A DNA stretch of 64,000 bases, taken from the sequence record PZ445523.1; one strand, given 5' to 3'. A program made the position numbers and the translations under genes. This document shows, piece by piece, positions 45,234 to 54,808 of this stretch. The DNA comes from a phage. The notes beneath the pieces are model-generated. The model saw only the letters and a program-made list of their open reading frames with translations, searched no databases and was not told the DNA's origin. The stretch's first letter is position 1; each line of letters begins with the position of its first letter.

Positions 45234-46139
45234 TTAAAGGTCATTCAAAAGGTCATCCAGGTCCGTGTCATCAGCACTAGATGAACTGCCAGAGCTTGAG
45301 CTCATAAAATCATCTTCAGTTTTTGTATTGAAGTCATCAACATTGAATGCATCCAAATCATCAGCAACTTTATCAGCTTTCTTAGCAGCAGTTGCAGCGG
45401 CACCGCCCATCACAGCAGTTCCCATAACTTGACTGAACTTAGTGCTCAGTTCTTCAAACGATTTGAATTTATCTTTAGAAGTCATTTCAGAAAGGTCAAC
45501 CATTTGTTCGAACAGTTCTTTCTGGAAAGATTCATCGTCAATGTTTGGAATCGCAGATTGATTTAGGAATTTAGATTCATCGTAGTTACTAAATCCAGAA
45601 ACTTGTTTAACTTTCAGTACAAAGTTAGCACCTTCCCACGGACAAGTTACATCAACTGGAGTTTCACCCATTTCAACATCAACCGCAATCATCGCGTTGA
45701 TTTTATCCCAGATTTTCTTACCGAAACGATATTTAAATACTTTACCTTCATTTTCTGGAGCAGCTGGGTCTTTTACAACAAGAATATTAGCCCAGTAAGA
45801 AGTTTTACGTTTAACAAGATTGTACTCTTTATTGTCAGTGTTGTACAGATCATTTTTACTGATGTATTGACATACTGGGCAAGAATCGTAATCACCATGG
45901 GTAGATGAACATGTTTCAATATACCATTTACCATTTTTCTTGAAACCGTGATTTACAAGAATTGCGAATGGTGCTTGTTCATCATTTTTAGACGGAAGAA
46001 AACGAATTACTGCTTGACCGTTACCCGCATTATCGAGTTTCAGTTTCCACTCGCCTTTATCTTCAGAAGAAAAACCTTTATTGCCATTCAGTTTAGCCAT
46101 TTGTGCAGCAAGTTCAGCAGTAGATTTACGTTTAAACAT
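45234..46139 (-). CDS. 32: single-stranded DNA-binding protein gp32
   Basis: 301-aa [26 protein letters not shown]...; zinc site C..H..C..C; acidic C-terminus. Confidence 0.95.
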
Positions 46140-46200
46140 TTTATTTCCTTTTTAATTTAATTTAATTAACAGTTGGTGCTATGACACTTTACCTCATAGC
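46140..46200 (-). promoter_or_regulatory. gene 32 translational operator (pseudoknot plus AU-rich UUAAA repeats)
   Basis: minus strand reads GCUAUGAGGUAAAGUGUCAUAGCACCAACUGUUAAUUAAAUUAAAUUAAAAAGGAAAUAAA-AUG; inverted repeat GCUAUGA/UCAUAGC forms stem 1. Confidence 0.7.
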
Positions 46201-46826
46201 TGGCATAATTCGCAATACTCTGGGTCTTCGAGAGGTATCCAACCTGAGTTGAAATACTTTACCATCGATTTAGCAGTTGTATCAGTTATATTTATATTAC
46301 CTTTAACTCTTCGCCATCCAGGAGTTTTACCGTACAGATTAGAGGATAATAATAACACATAATTCTCGTAAGCGATATGAGATAATTTCCAAGACTCTAT
46401 ATTAGCTCGTGATGTTTTCCAAGGTCTAAAATCGTCACGGTTCATATAATTAGCCAATCTCATATGCTCTCTAACTTCCGGGTCTTTGGCTGGATGAGTT
46501 TCACCACTCACACCAAATCCACCACCAGCATATACCAGATTAAAATAGTCTGGATTATCTCTGGCATTTACTTCAAGTTGGTATTTTCGTTCTGCTTCAA
46601 TAACATCCAAGTCATCATCAATTTGAATTATTTTAACGCTCGGTTTTTGAAGCATTACCGCATTCAAAAATCTTTTTTGTTTACATGAGCTCCAGTATTC
46701 CTTTCCAGAAGAGTCATATATTATTCCGTTCTCAAATGAGCAATTTAATTTACTACCGATATAGTAGTATGGCGGAGTCTTATTTTTGACACGGTCTTCA
46801 AATGTAAACCAATATACTATATTCAT
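46194..46826 (-). CDS. segG: putative GIY-YIG (Seg-like) homing endonuclease at the T4 segG position
   Basis: 210-aa ORF between 59 and 32; N-terminus IVYWFTF...YYYIGSK resembles a degenerate GIY-YIG motif; stop lies inside the gene 32 leader. Confidence 0.45.
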   Translation of the reverse strand: MNIVYWFTFEDRVKNKTPPYYYIGSKLNCSFENGIIYDSSGKEYWSSCKQKRFLNAVMLQKPSVKIIQIDDDLDVIEAERKYQLEVNARDNPDYFNLVYAGGGFGVSGETHPAKDPEVREHMRLANYMNRDDFRPWKTSRANIESWKLSHIAYENYVLLLSSNLYGKTPGWRRVKGNINITDTTAKSMVKYFNSGWIPLEDPEYCELCQL

Positions 46827-46827
46827 A

Positions 46828-47481
46828 TCAATACTTGCAAGATTTCACAGTTTCAATGAAAACATTTTTAGCTTTCTGTGAATCAATATTTAAAATTTTT
46901 CTATAAGCCTTTAACTTTATAGAATAATTATTCCAGACTAAATTATCAGTCTGTTCATCATGTTTATCAATTATATTTAAAAATGAATCAAGCAAGATAA
47001 ACGTCTCAAACGAAATTATGTTCGATTGCAGAAGTTTAAAAATATAACTTGACTGAACCTTTGGATTATATTCAAAGATTTCTTTAAAAGCAGAAACTTC
47101 AACTTTTTTACTAAAATAGTAAATATTGCGAATATCTTCTTCAAACTTAAATTTAATTTGCTTCAAGCGTCCGATATATTCACGATAAAACACAAGTGCA
47201 TCAGCGTCAGAGATGTCGCCAATCCAAGCATCTTGGTTAGCAACCAAATTACTTATAAAGATTAAAGCAAGTTCCTTTAATTTATATTTTTCTGATAACT
47301 TCTGGAAAAAATACTTATCCCTTCGCTTTTGATAAGCGGCATCAGACACCCGCATGCACCAATTATACTTAATTACATCATACTTTCCATTCATATGTTG
47401 TTTTATCATTAAGTATAATTTATAAACTGATTTACCATCAATGTATCTTTCACCACCAGCAGGCATGCGGAGTTTAATCAT
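46828..47481 (-). CDS. 59: helicase loader gp59
   Basis: 217-aa ORF MIKLRMPAGGERYIDGKSVYKLY..., T4 gp59 size. Confidence 0.9.
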   Translation of the reverse strand: MIKLRMPAGGERYIDGKSVYKLYLMIKQHMNGKYDVIKYNWCMRVSDAAYQKRRDKYFFQKLSEKYKLKELALIFISNLVANQDAWIGDISDADALVFYREYIGRLKQIKFKFEEDIRNIYYFSKKVEVSAFKEIFEYNPKVQSSYIFKLLQSNIISFETFILLDSFLNIIDKHDEQTDNLVWNNYSIKLKAYRKILNIDSQKAKNVFIETVKSCKY

Positions 47482-47816
47482 AGTAGAAAATCTAATGTAT
47501 TAGTTTTTTCACAACGAACAACAGAAGGACGTAAAAGATTTTCGTCAATAGCTTCTGACTGAATTTTTTCAATTATACCCGAAGGAATAAATTTAGCAAA
47601 TTGAGTTTCAGGAATAGAGTTTTCTTCTAAGAATGCTGTCGTAGCTTCAAGATAACTCATTCCAAACTCTTCTACCATTTTTTCAATAATAAATCCATTT
47701 TCTTGACGATCAAGAAGCTTTGCTATTTCATCCTTTTCTTTCTTGATTGAAAGTTCTTTTTCTGAAAGACCGGTCTCATCGACCGGACGAATATCATTTA
47801 GAGAAAACTGTGTCAT
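47478..47816 (-). CDS. 33: late transcription co-activator gp33
   Basis: 112 aa from MTQFSLNDIRPVDETG... Confidence 0.85.
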   Translation of the reverse strand: MTQFSLNDIRPVDETGLSEKELSIKKEKDEIAKLLDRQENGFIIEKMVEEFGMSYLEATTAFLEENSIPETQFAKFIPSGIIEKIQSEAIDENLLRPSVVRCEKTNTLDFLL

Positions 47817-48063
47817 AAAGTTCAACTACCTCTTCGGTTTCAGCTTCAAACACATCACGGTTATCTTTATGATACAAAGCTAATAGACGATTAAACATCT
47901 TACCATCAACGCCAAGTTCATCTTTGGCACGAATTCGAATATCTTTAATCAGTTCATTATAACCGGAAATTTTCAGTTTATGATCAGATGCTTCTTTAAT
48001 AAATTTAGCCAAGTCTTCGCCGTGGATAGCTTCATCAAATTCAACCATTTCTTTTTTAGCCAT
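47794..48063 (-). CDS. dsbA: dsDNA-binding protein DsbA
   Basis: 89-aa ORF MAKKEMVEFDEAIHGEDLAKFIKEA..., overlaps gene 33 start. Confidence 0.85.
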   Translation of the reverse strand: MAKKEMVEFDEAIHGEDLAKFIKEASDHKLKISGYNELIKDIRIRAKDELGVDGKMFNRLLALYHKDNRDVFEAETEEVVELYDTVFSK

Positions 48064-48071
48064 TATTCACC

Positions 48072-48989
48072 TCAAAATTCATTAATGCTATTAGTTAATT
48101 TAGAAAGACCCGCTTTTACAAAATATGAATAAATTTTGCCACGCGGTGGTAATTTATATGAATTATAGTAATTCACAATGTTTGAAGCAATATTATCAGG
48201 AATATAATCAAAATCAATTAGAATTAAATTTTCTTTATAACGATTATATTCAGATTCGGTGAGAAGCACCTTAGCTTGCTCACGGTCATTAGCAATAGCT
48301 TCAACGATTGAAGTTTTCATTGAAGGAGTTCGTTCACCTTCAACTCTGGTAAACCAAAAGTCAGATCGTACTTTAACTGAAGCAACGTTATCCTTTTTGT
48401 CGCCTTTAAGGATTTTAGTCATACAGTCAATTTCAGCAGAACCGCTTTTAATTTTAACCCATTTCTTATGCATCGGAGACCATTGCTTAACATTTGGATA
48501 TTTGTGAAGCTGAGTAAAGTCACCATCAGATGAAATGATTAAAATCTTATGTCCTTCTAAGGAGAACTTTTTAACAAGAACAGCAATGTGGTCATCTGCT
48601 TCATACTTATCAATATCCATAACAATGTATGGCATATAAGCTTTCAATTCATCTATAACTTTATGGCTGGATTCAAAATAACCTTCCCAGTCCCAAGTAG
48701 ATTCTTCTCGTGCTTTTCCACGGTTTTTCTTGTAATAATAAGCGAAATCACGACGCCAGTATCCAGATTTCGCGTTATCAATACACAGCACAATTTTAGT
48801 GTATCCAAGCGTTTTTGCTTTTTTGACATTAAACTTAATTGAGTTCAATATCAAATGACGAACCATCGATAAATTAATTTTTTCTTTATCTGGGAAGTTT
48901 ACCAGAGCAGTTGAAAGAGCAATTTGACTAAAGTCAATTAAGCAAATTCCTTCTTTGTAGTCTTCATCCAGCATCATTTCTAAATCCAT
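48072..48989 (-). CDS. rnh: RNase H (5'-3' exonuclease / flap endonuclease)
   Basis: track start 49004 is TTG; ATG 48989 gives 305 aa MDLEMMLDEDYKEG... Confidence 0.9.
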   Translation of the reverse strand: MDLEMMLDEDYKEGICLIDFSQIALSTALVNFPDKEKINLSMVRHLILNSIKFNVKKAKTLGYTKIVLCIDNAKSGYWRRDFAYYYKKNRGKAREESTWDWEGYFESSHKVIDELKAYMPYIVMDIDKYEADDHIAVLVKKFSLEGHKILIISSDGDFTQLHKYPNVKQWSPMHKKWVKIKSGSAEIDCMTKILKGDKKDNVASVKVRSDFWFTRVEGERTPSMKTSIVEAIANDREQAKVLLTESEYNRYKENLILIDFDYIPDNIASNIVNYYNSYKLPPRGKIYSYFVKAGLSKLTNSINEF

Positions 48990-49018
48990 ATGAACCTCGT
49001 TCAATTAGTGAGATTTCT

Positions 49019-49048
49019 ATTATATACTATCTAAATCTTAAAGTAAAC
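49019..49048 (-). promoter_or_regulatory. early promoter for rnh
   Basis: GTTTAC, 18-nt spacer, perfect TATAAT, about 25-nt leader to rnh ATG. Confidence 0.55.
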
Positions 49049-49051
49049 AGG

Positions 49052-49059
49052 TATAAATA
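49052..49059 (+). promoter_or_regulatory. late promoter TATAAATA upstream of gene 34
   Basis: exact motif; overlaps the divergent rnh early promoter. Confidence 0.6.
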
Positions 49060-49093
49060 CTTATTATTGAAAACACAATAGGAGCCCGGGAGA

Positions 49094-52000
49094 ATGGCCG
49101 AGATTAAAAGAAAGTTCAGAGCAGAAGATGGTCTGGACGCAGGTGGCGATAAAATAATCAACGTAGCTTTAGCTGATCGTACCGTAGGAACTGACGGTGT
49201 TAACGTTGATTACTTAATTCAAGAAAACACAGTTCAGCAATATGATCCAACTCGTGGATATTTAAAAGATTTTGTAATCATTTATAATAATCGTTTTTGG
49301 GCAGCAACGGATAATATTCCAAAACCTGCTGGAAATTTTAATAGAATTCGTTGGAAAGCATTACGTACTGATGCTGTATATACAACCGTATCATCTGGAC
49401 CATATCAATTAAAATCCGGAGAAGCAATTTCAGTAGATACATCAGTTGGCAATGACATTGAATTTACTTTACCACCTTCTCCGCTTGATGGAGAAACCGT
49501 AATAATTCAAGATATCGGTGGAAAACCTGGCATAAATCAGGTTAAAATAAATTCTTCAAATCAGAGTATTGTCAATTTTAGAGGTGAACAGGTACGTTCA
49601 GTTTTAATGACTCATCCAAAGTCACAGATGGTATTCATTTTTAATAACCGTTTGTGGCAAATGTATGTTGCTGATTATAGCAGAGAAGCTGCAATTGTTA
49701 CTCCATCGACTGCATATCAAGCACAATCTAACGATTTTATCGTACGTAGATTTACTTCTGCCGCACCGATTAATGTTAAGCTTCCAAGATTTGCCAATCA
49801 TGGAGATATCATTAATTTCGTTGATTTAGATAAATTAAATCCACTTTATCATACAATTGTTACGACATATGATGAAACAACGTCAGTGCAAGAAGTTGGA
49901 ACTCATTCCATTGAAGGCCGTACATCGATTGACGGTTTCTTGATGTTTGATGATAATGAGAAATTGTGGAGATTGTTTGACGGGGATAGTAAAGCACGTT
50001 TACGCATTATAACAACTAATTCTAATATTCGTCCAAATGAAGAAGTCATGGTATTTGGCGCGAATAATGGAACAACCCAAACAATTGAACTTCAGCTTCC
50101 GACTGATATTTCTGTTGGTGATACTGTTAAAATTTCCATGAATTACATGAGAAAAGGACAAACAGTTAAAATCAAAGCTGCCGGTGAAGATAAAATTGCT
50201 TCTTCAGTTCAATTGCTGCAATTCCCAAAACGCTCAGAATATCCGCCTGAAGCTGAATGGGTAACAGTTCAAGAATTAGTTTTTAACGGTGAAACTAATT
50301 ATGTTCCAGTTTTACAACTTGCTTATATAGAAGATTCTGATGGAAAATACTGGGTTGTACAGCAAAACGTTCCAACTGTAGAAAGAGTAGACTCTTTAAA
50401 TGCTTCTACTAGAGCAAGATTAGGCGTAATTGCTTTAGCTACGCAAGCTCAAGCAAATGCTGATTTAGAAAATTCTCCACAAAAAGAATTGGCAATTACT
50501 CCAGAAACGTTAGCTAATCGTACTGCTACAGAAACTCGCAGAGGTATTGCAAGAATAGCAACTACTGCTCAAGTGAATCAGAACACCACATTCTCTTTTG
50601 CAGATGACCTTATCATCACTCCTAAAAAGCTGAATGAAAGAACTGCTACAGAAACTCGTAGAGGTGTCGCTGAAATTGCTACGCAGCAGGAAACTAATAC
50701 AGGTACTGATGATACTACAATCATCACTCCTAAAAAGCTTCAAGCCCGTCAAGGTTCTGAATCATTATCTGGTATTGTAACTTTTGTATCTACCGCAGGT
50801 GCTACTCCAGCTTCTAGTCGTGAATTAAATGGTACGAATGTTTATAATAAAAACACTAATAATTTAGTTGTTTCACCTAAAGCTTTGGATCAGTATAAAG
50901 CTACTCCAACGCAACAAGGCGCAGTAATTTTAGCAGTTGAAAGTGAAGTAATTGCTGGACAAAGCCAAGAAGGATGGGCAAATGCGGTTGTAACGCCAGA
51001 AACGTTACATAAAAAGACATCAACTGATGGAAGAATTGGTTTAATTGAAATTGCTACGCAAAGTGAAGTTAATACAGGAACTGACTATACTCGTGCAGTC
51101 ACTCCTAAAACTTTAAATGACCGTAGAGCAACTGAAAGTTTAAGTGGTATAGCTGAAATTGCTACACAAGTTGAATTCGACGCAGGCGTCGACGATACTC
51201 GTATCTCTACACCATTAAAAATTAAAACCAGATTTAATAGTACTGATCGTACTTCTGTTGTTGCTCTATCTGGATTAGTTGAATCAGGAACTCTCTGGGA
51301 CCATTATACCCTTAATATTCTTGAAGCAAATGAGACACAGCGTGGTACACTTCGTGTAGCTACACAAGTTGAAGCTGCTGCAGGAACATTAGATAATGTT
51401 TTAATAACTCCTAAAAAGCTTTTAGGTACTAAATCTACTGAAGCGCAAGAAGGTGTTATTAAAGTTGCAACTCAGTCTGAAACTGTGACTGGAACGTCAA
51501 CAAATACTGCTGTATCTCCAAAAAATTTAAAATGGATTGTGCAGAGTGAACCTACTTGGGCAGCAACTACTGCGATAAGGGGCTTTGTTAAAACTTCTTC
51601 TGGTTCAATTACATTCGTTGGTAATGATACGGTAGGTTCAACACAGCCATTAGAATCATATGAGAAAAATGGTTATGCAGTATCACCATATGAATTAAAT
51701 CGCGTATTAGCAAATTACTTGCCATTAAAAGCAAAAGCTGTAGATAGTAATTTATTAGATGGTCTAGATTCGCTCCAGTTCATTCGTAGGGACATTGCAC
51801 AAACAGTTAATGGTTCACTAACCTTAACCCAACAAACGAATCTGAGTGCCCCTCTTGTATCATCTAGTACTGCTACATTCGGTGGGTCAGTTTCAGCAAA
51901 TAGTACATTAACTATTTCTAATACTGGAACAGCAACTCGATTGATTTTTGAGAAAGGACCTCAAACTGGAACAAACCCGGCTCAAACGATGACTGTCAGA

Positions 52001-52963
52001 GTGTGGGGAAATCAATTTAGTGGGGAATCAGACACAACACGTTCTACCGTATTTGAAGTTAGTGATGAAACGTCTAGTCATTTTTATTCTCAGCGTAATA
52101 AAGCTGGAAATATAACATTTAATATCAACGGTACAGTAACACCGATAAATGTTAATGCTTCAGGAACATTGAATGCAAATGGTGTAGCAACATTTGGTAA
52201 TTCAGTCACTGCAACTGGTGAAATTATTTCTCGAAGCGCAAATGCTTTCCGTGCTATTAACGGAAATTATGGTTTCATTGTTCGCAATGATGGGTCAGTA
52301 ACGAATTTTATGCTTACTGCATCGGGTGATCAAACCGGCGGATTTAATGGATTGCGTCCTTTAGCTATTAATAATGCATCTGGCCAAGTAACGATTGGTG
52401 AAAGCTTAATCATTGCAAAAGGTGCTACTATAAGTTCAGGCGGTTTAACTGTTAACTCGAGAATTCGTTCTCAAGGTGTTAAAACATCTGATTTATATAC
52501 CCGTGCGCCAACATCTGATACAGTAGGATTCTGGTCAATTGATATTAACGATTCAGCCACTTATAATCAATTCCCTGGTTATTTTAAAATGGTTGAAAAA
52601 ACTAATGAAGTGACTGGACTTCCATATTTAGAACGCGGTGAAGAAGTTAAATCTCCTGGTACATTGACTCAGTTTGGTAACACGCTTGATTCGCTTTATC
52701 AAGATTGGATTACTTATCCAACGACCCCAGAAGCACGTACCACTCGCTGGACGCGTACATGGCAGAAAACTAAAAATTCTTGGTCAAGTTTTGTTCAGGT
52801 ATTCGATGGAGGTAACCCTCCTCAACCTTCGGATATAGGAGCAATCCCATCTGATAATGGAATAATAGGTAATCTTACTATTCGTGATTTCTTACGAATT
52901 GGTAATGTTCGCATTATTCCTGACCCAGTGAATAAAACTGTTAAATTTGAATGGGTTGAATAA
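49094..52963 (+). CDS. 34: long tail fibre proximal subunit
   Basis: 1289-aa ORF, same length as T4 gp34; late promoter at 49052-49059. Confidence 0.9.
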   Translation: MAEIKRKFRAEDGLDAGGDKIINVALADRTVGTDGVNVDYLIQENTVQQYDPTRGYLKDFVIIYNNRFWAATDNIPKPAGNFNRIRWKALRTDAVYTTVSSGPYQLKSGEAISVDTSVGNDIEFTLPPSPLDGETVIIQDIGGKPGINQVKINSSNQSIVNFRGEQVRSVLMTHPKSQMVFIFNNRLWQMYVADYSREAAIVTPSTAYQAQSNDFIVRRFTSAAPINVKLPRFANHGDIINFVDLDKLNPLYHTIVTTYDETTSVQEVGTHSIEGRTSIDGFLMFDDNEKLWRLFDGDSKARLRIITTNSNIRPNEEVMVFGANNGTTQTIELQLPTDISVGDTVKISMNYMRKGQTVKIKAAGEDKIASSVQLLQFPKRSEYPPEAEWVTVQELVFNGETNYVPVLQLAYIEDSDGKYWVVQQNVPTVERVDSLNASTRARLGVIALATQAQANADLENSPQKELAITPETLANRTATETRRGIARIATTAQVNQNTTFSFADDLIITPKKLNERTATETRRGVAEIATQQETNTGTDDTTIITPKKLQARQGSESLSGIVTFVSTAGATPASSRELNGTNVYNKNTNNLVVSPKALDQYKATPTQQGAVILAVESEVIAGQSQEGWANAVVTPETLHKKTSTDGRIGLIEIATQSEVNTGTDYTRAVTPKTLNDRRATESLSGIAEIATQVEFDAGVDDTRISTPLKIKTRFNSTDRTSVVALSGLVESGTLWDHYTLNILEANETQRGTLRVATQVEAAAGTLDNVLITPKKLLGTKSTEAQEGVIKVATQSETVTGTSTNTAVSPKNLKWIVQSEPTWAATTAIRGFVKTSSGSITFVGNDTVGSTQPLESYEKNGYAVSPYELNRVLANYLPLKAKAVDSNLLDGLDSLQFIRRDIAQTVNGSLTLTQQTNLSAPLVSSSTATFGGSVSANSTLTISNTGTATRLIFEKGPQTGTNPAQTMTVRVWGNQFSGESDTTRSTVFEVSDETSSHFYSQRNKAGNITFNINGTVTPINVNASGTLNANGVATFGNSVTATGEIISRSANAFRAINGNYGFIVRNDGSVTNFMLTASGDQTGGFNGLRPLAINNASGQVTIGESLIIAKGATISSGGLTVNSRIRSQGVKTSDLYTRAPTSDTVGFWSIDINDSATYNQFPGYFKMVEKTNEVTGLPYLERGEEVKSPGTLTQFGNTLDSLYQDWITYPTTPEARTTRWTRTWQKTKNSWSSFVQVFDGGNPPQPSDIGAIPSDNGIIGNLTIRDFLRIGNVRIIPDPVNKTVKFEWVE

Positions 52964-52971
52964 GAGGTATT

Positions 52972-54087
52972 ATGGAAAAATTTATGGCAGAGTTTGGACA
53001 AGGATATGTCCAAACGCCATTTTTATCGGAAAGCAATTCAGTAAGATATAAAATAAGCATAGCGGGTTCTTGCCCGCTTTCTACAGCAGGTCCATATGTT
53101 AAATTTCAGGATAATCCTGTCGGAAGTCAAACATTTAGTGCAGGTCTTCATTTAAGAGTTTTTGATCCTTCTACGGGAGCATTAGTTGATAGTAAGTCAT
53201 ATGCTTTTTCTGCTTCAAACAATACAACATCTGCCGCTTTTGTCAGTTTCATGAATTCTTTGTCAAACAATAAACTTGTTGCTATATTAACTAGCGGAAA
53301 GGTTAATTTTCCTCCTGAAGTGGTATCTTGGTTAAGGGAAGCAGGAACTTCAGTTTTTCCATCAGATTCCGTATTGTCAAGATTTGACGTATCATATGCT
53401 GCTTTTTACACTTCTTCTAAAAGAGCTATCGCATTAGAGCATGTTAAACTAAGTAATAGAAAAAGCACAGATGACTATCAAACTATGTTAGATGTTGTAT
53501 TTGATAGTTTAGAAGACGTTGGAGCGACAGGATTTCCAAAAAGAACTTATGAAAGCGTTGAACAATTTATGTCTGCGGTTGGAGGAACTAATAATGAAAT
53601 TGCGCGATTGCCAACTTCAGCTGCTATAAGTAAACTTTCTGACTACAATTTAATTCCTGGTGATGTTCTTTATCTTAAAGCACAGTTATATGCTGATGCT
53701 GATTTACTTGATCTTGGAACTGCAAATATATCTATTCGTTTTTATGATGCATCAAATGGATATATTTCCTCGACCCAAGCTGAGTTTACTGGGCAAGCTG
53801 GGTCTTGGGAATTAAAAGAAGATTATGTAGTTGTTCCTGAAAATGCAGTAGGATTTACGATATATGCACAAAGAACTGCTCAAGCAGGTCAAGGCGGCAT
53901 GAGAAATTTAAGCTTTTCTGAAGTATCAAGAAATGGCGGAATTTCGAAACCTGCTGAATTTGGTGTCAATGGTATTCGTGTTAATTATATCGGTGAATCC
54001 TCTTCACCTCCAGATATAATGGTACTTCCTACACAGGCATCGTCTAAAACTGGTAAAGTGTTTGGGCAGGAATTTAGAGAAGTTTAA
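52972..54087 (+). CDS. 35: long tail fibre hinge protein
   Basis: 371-aa ORF after gene 34. Confidence 0.85.
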   Translation: MEKFMAEFGQGYVQTPFLSESNSVRYKISIAGSCPLSTAGPYVKFQDNPVGSQTFSAGLHLRVFDPSTGALVDSKSYAFSASNNTTSAAFVSFMNSLSNNKLVAILTSGKVNFPPEVVSWLREAGTSVFPSDSVLSRFDVSYAAFYTSSKRAIALEHVKLSNRKSTDDYQTMLDVVFDSLEDVGATGFPKRTYESVEQFMSAVGGTNNEIARLPTSAAISKLSDYNLIPGDVLYLKAQLYADADLLDLGTANISIRFYDASNGYISSTQAEFTGQAGSWELKEDYVVVPENAVGFTIYAQRTAQAGQGGMRNLSFSEVSRNGGISKPAEFGVNGIRVNYIGESSSPPDIMVLPTQASSKTGKVFGQEFREV

Positions 54088-54092
54088 ACTGA

Positions 54093-54116
54093 GGGAGCCT
54101 TCGGGTTCCTTTTTTC
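54093..54116 (+). terminator. intrinsic terminator after gene 35
   Basis: GGGAGCC-TTCG-GGTTCC hairpin then TTTTTTC. Confidence 0.55.
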
Positions 54117-54118
54117 TT

Positions 54119-54126
54119 TATAAATA
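54119..54126 (+). promoter_or_regulatory. late promoter TATAAATA upstream of gene 36
   Basis: exact motif after the gene 35 terminator. Confidence 0.55.
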
Positions 54127-54149
54127 ATATTAAAATAAAGGGGCATACA

Positions 54150-54800
54150 ATGGCTGATTTAAAAGTAGGTTCAACTGTAGGTGGATCTGTCATTTGGCAT
54201 CAAGGAAATTTTCCGTTGAATTCAGCCGGTGACGATGTACTCTACAAATCATTTAAAATATATTCAGAATATAATAAACCACAGGCAGCTGATAATGATT
54301 TCGTTTCTAAATCTACTGGTGGTACTTACACAGGCCCAGTTACTATTAATTATGGTGTAAATAGTTATCTTCAATTAAGTAATAATGAAACCCCCATCCG
54401 AATTCGTTCTGGTGGCGGCACTGGTAATACTCTTGTAGTTGGTGGCTCTTCTGGCGGTATTAGTTTTAGACCAGCAGGTAGTGAAATCACTACTGGACAA
54501 ATTACTATTACGCCAGAAGGTTTGACAACATTTACCAAAGCTGTAACGGCTCCATCTGTAACTGTTACATCTACTCCTTCCGCAGCATCTGATGTTACTC
54601 GTAAAGATTATGTTGATGGAGCAATAAATACTGTTACAGCAAATGCAAACTCTAGGGTATTACGCTCTGGAGACACTATGACAGGAAATTTAACTGCGCC
54701 AAACCTTTTTTCACAGAATCCTGCATCTCAACCTTCACACGTTCCACGATTTGACCAAATCGTAATTAAGGATTCTGTTCAAGATTTCGGCTATTATTAA
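54150..54800 (+). CDS. 36: long tail fibre distal connector
   Basis: 216-aa ORF; late promoter at 54119-54126. Confidence 0.85.
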   Translation: MADLKVGSTVGGSVIWHQGNFPLNSAGDDVLYKSFKIYSEYNKPQAADNDFVSKSTGGTYTGPVTINYGVNSYLQLSNNETPIRIRSGGGTGNTLVVGGSSGGISFRPAGSEITTGQITITPEGLTTFTKAVTAPSVTVTSTPSAASDVTRKDYVDGAINTVTANANSRVLRSGDTMTGNLTAPNLFSQNPASQPSHVPRFDQIVIKDSVQDFGYY

Positions 54801-54808
54801 GAGGACTT

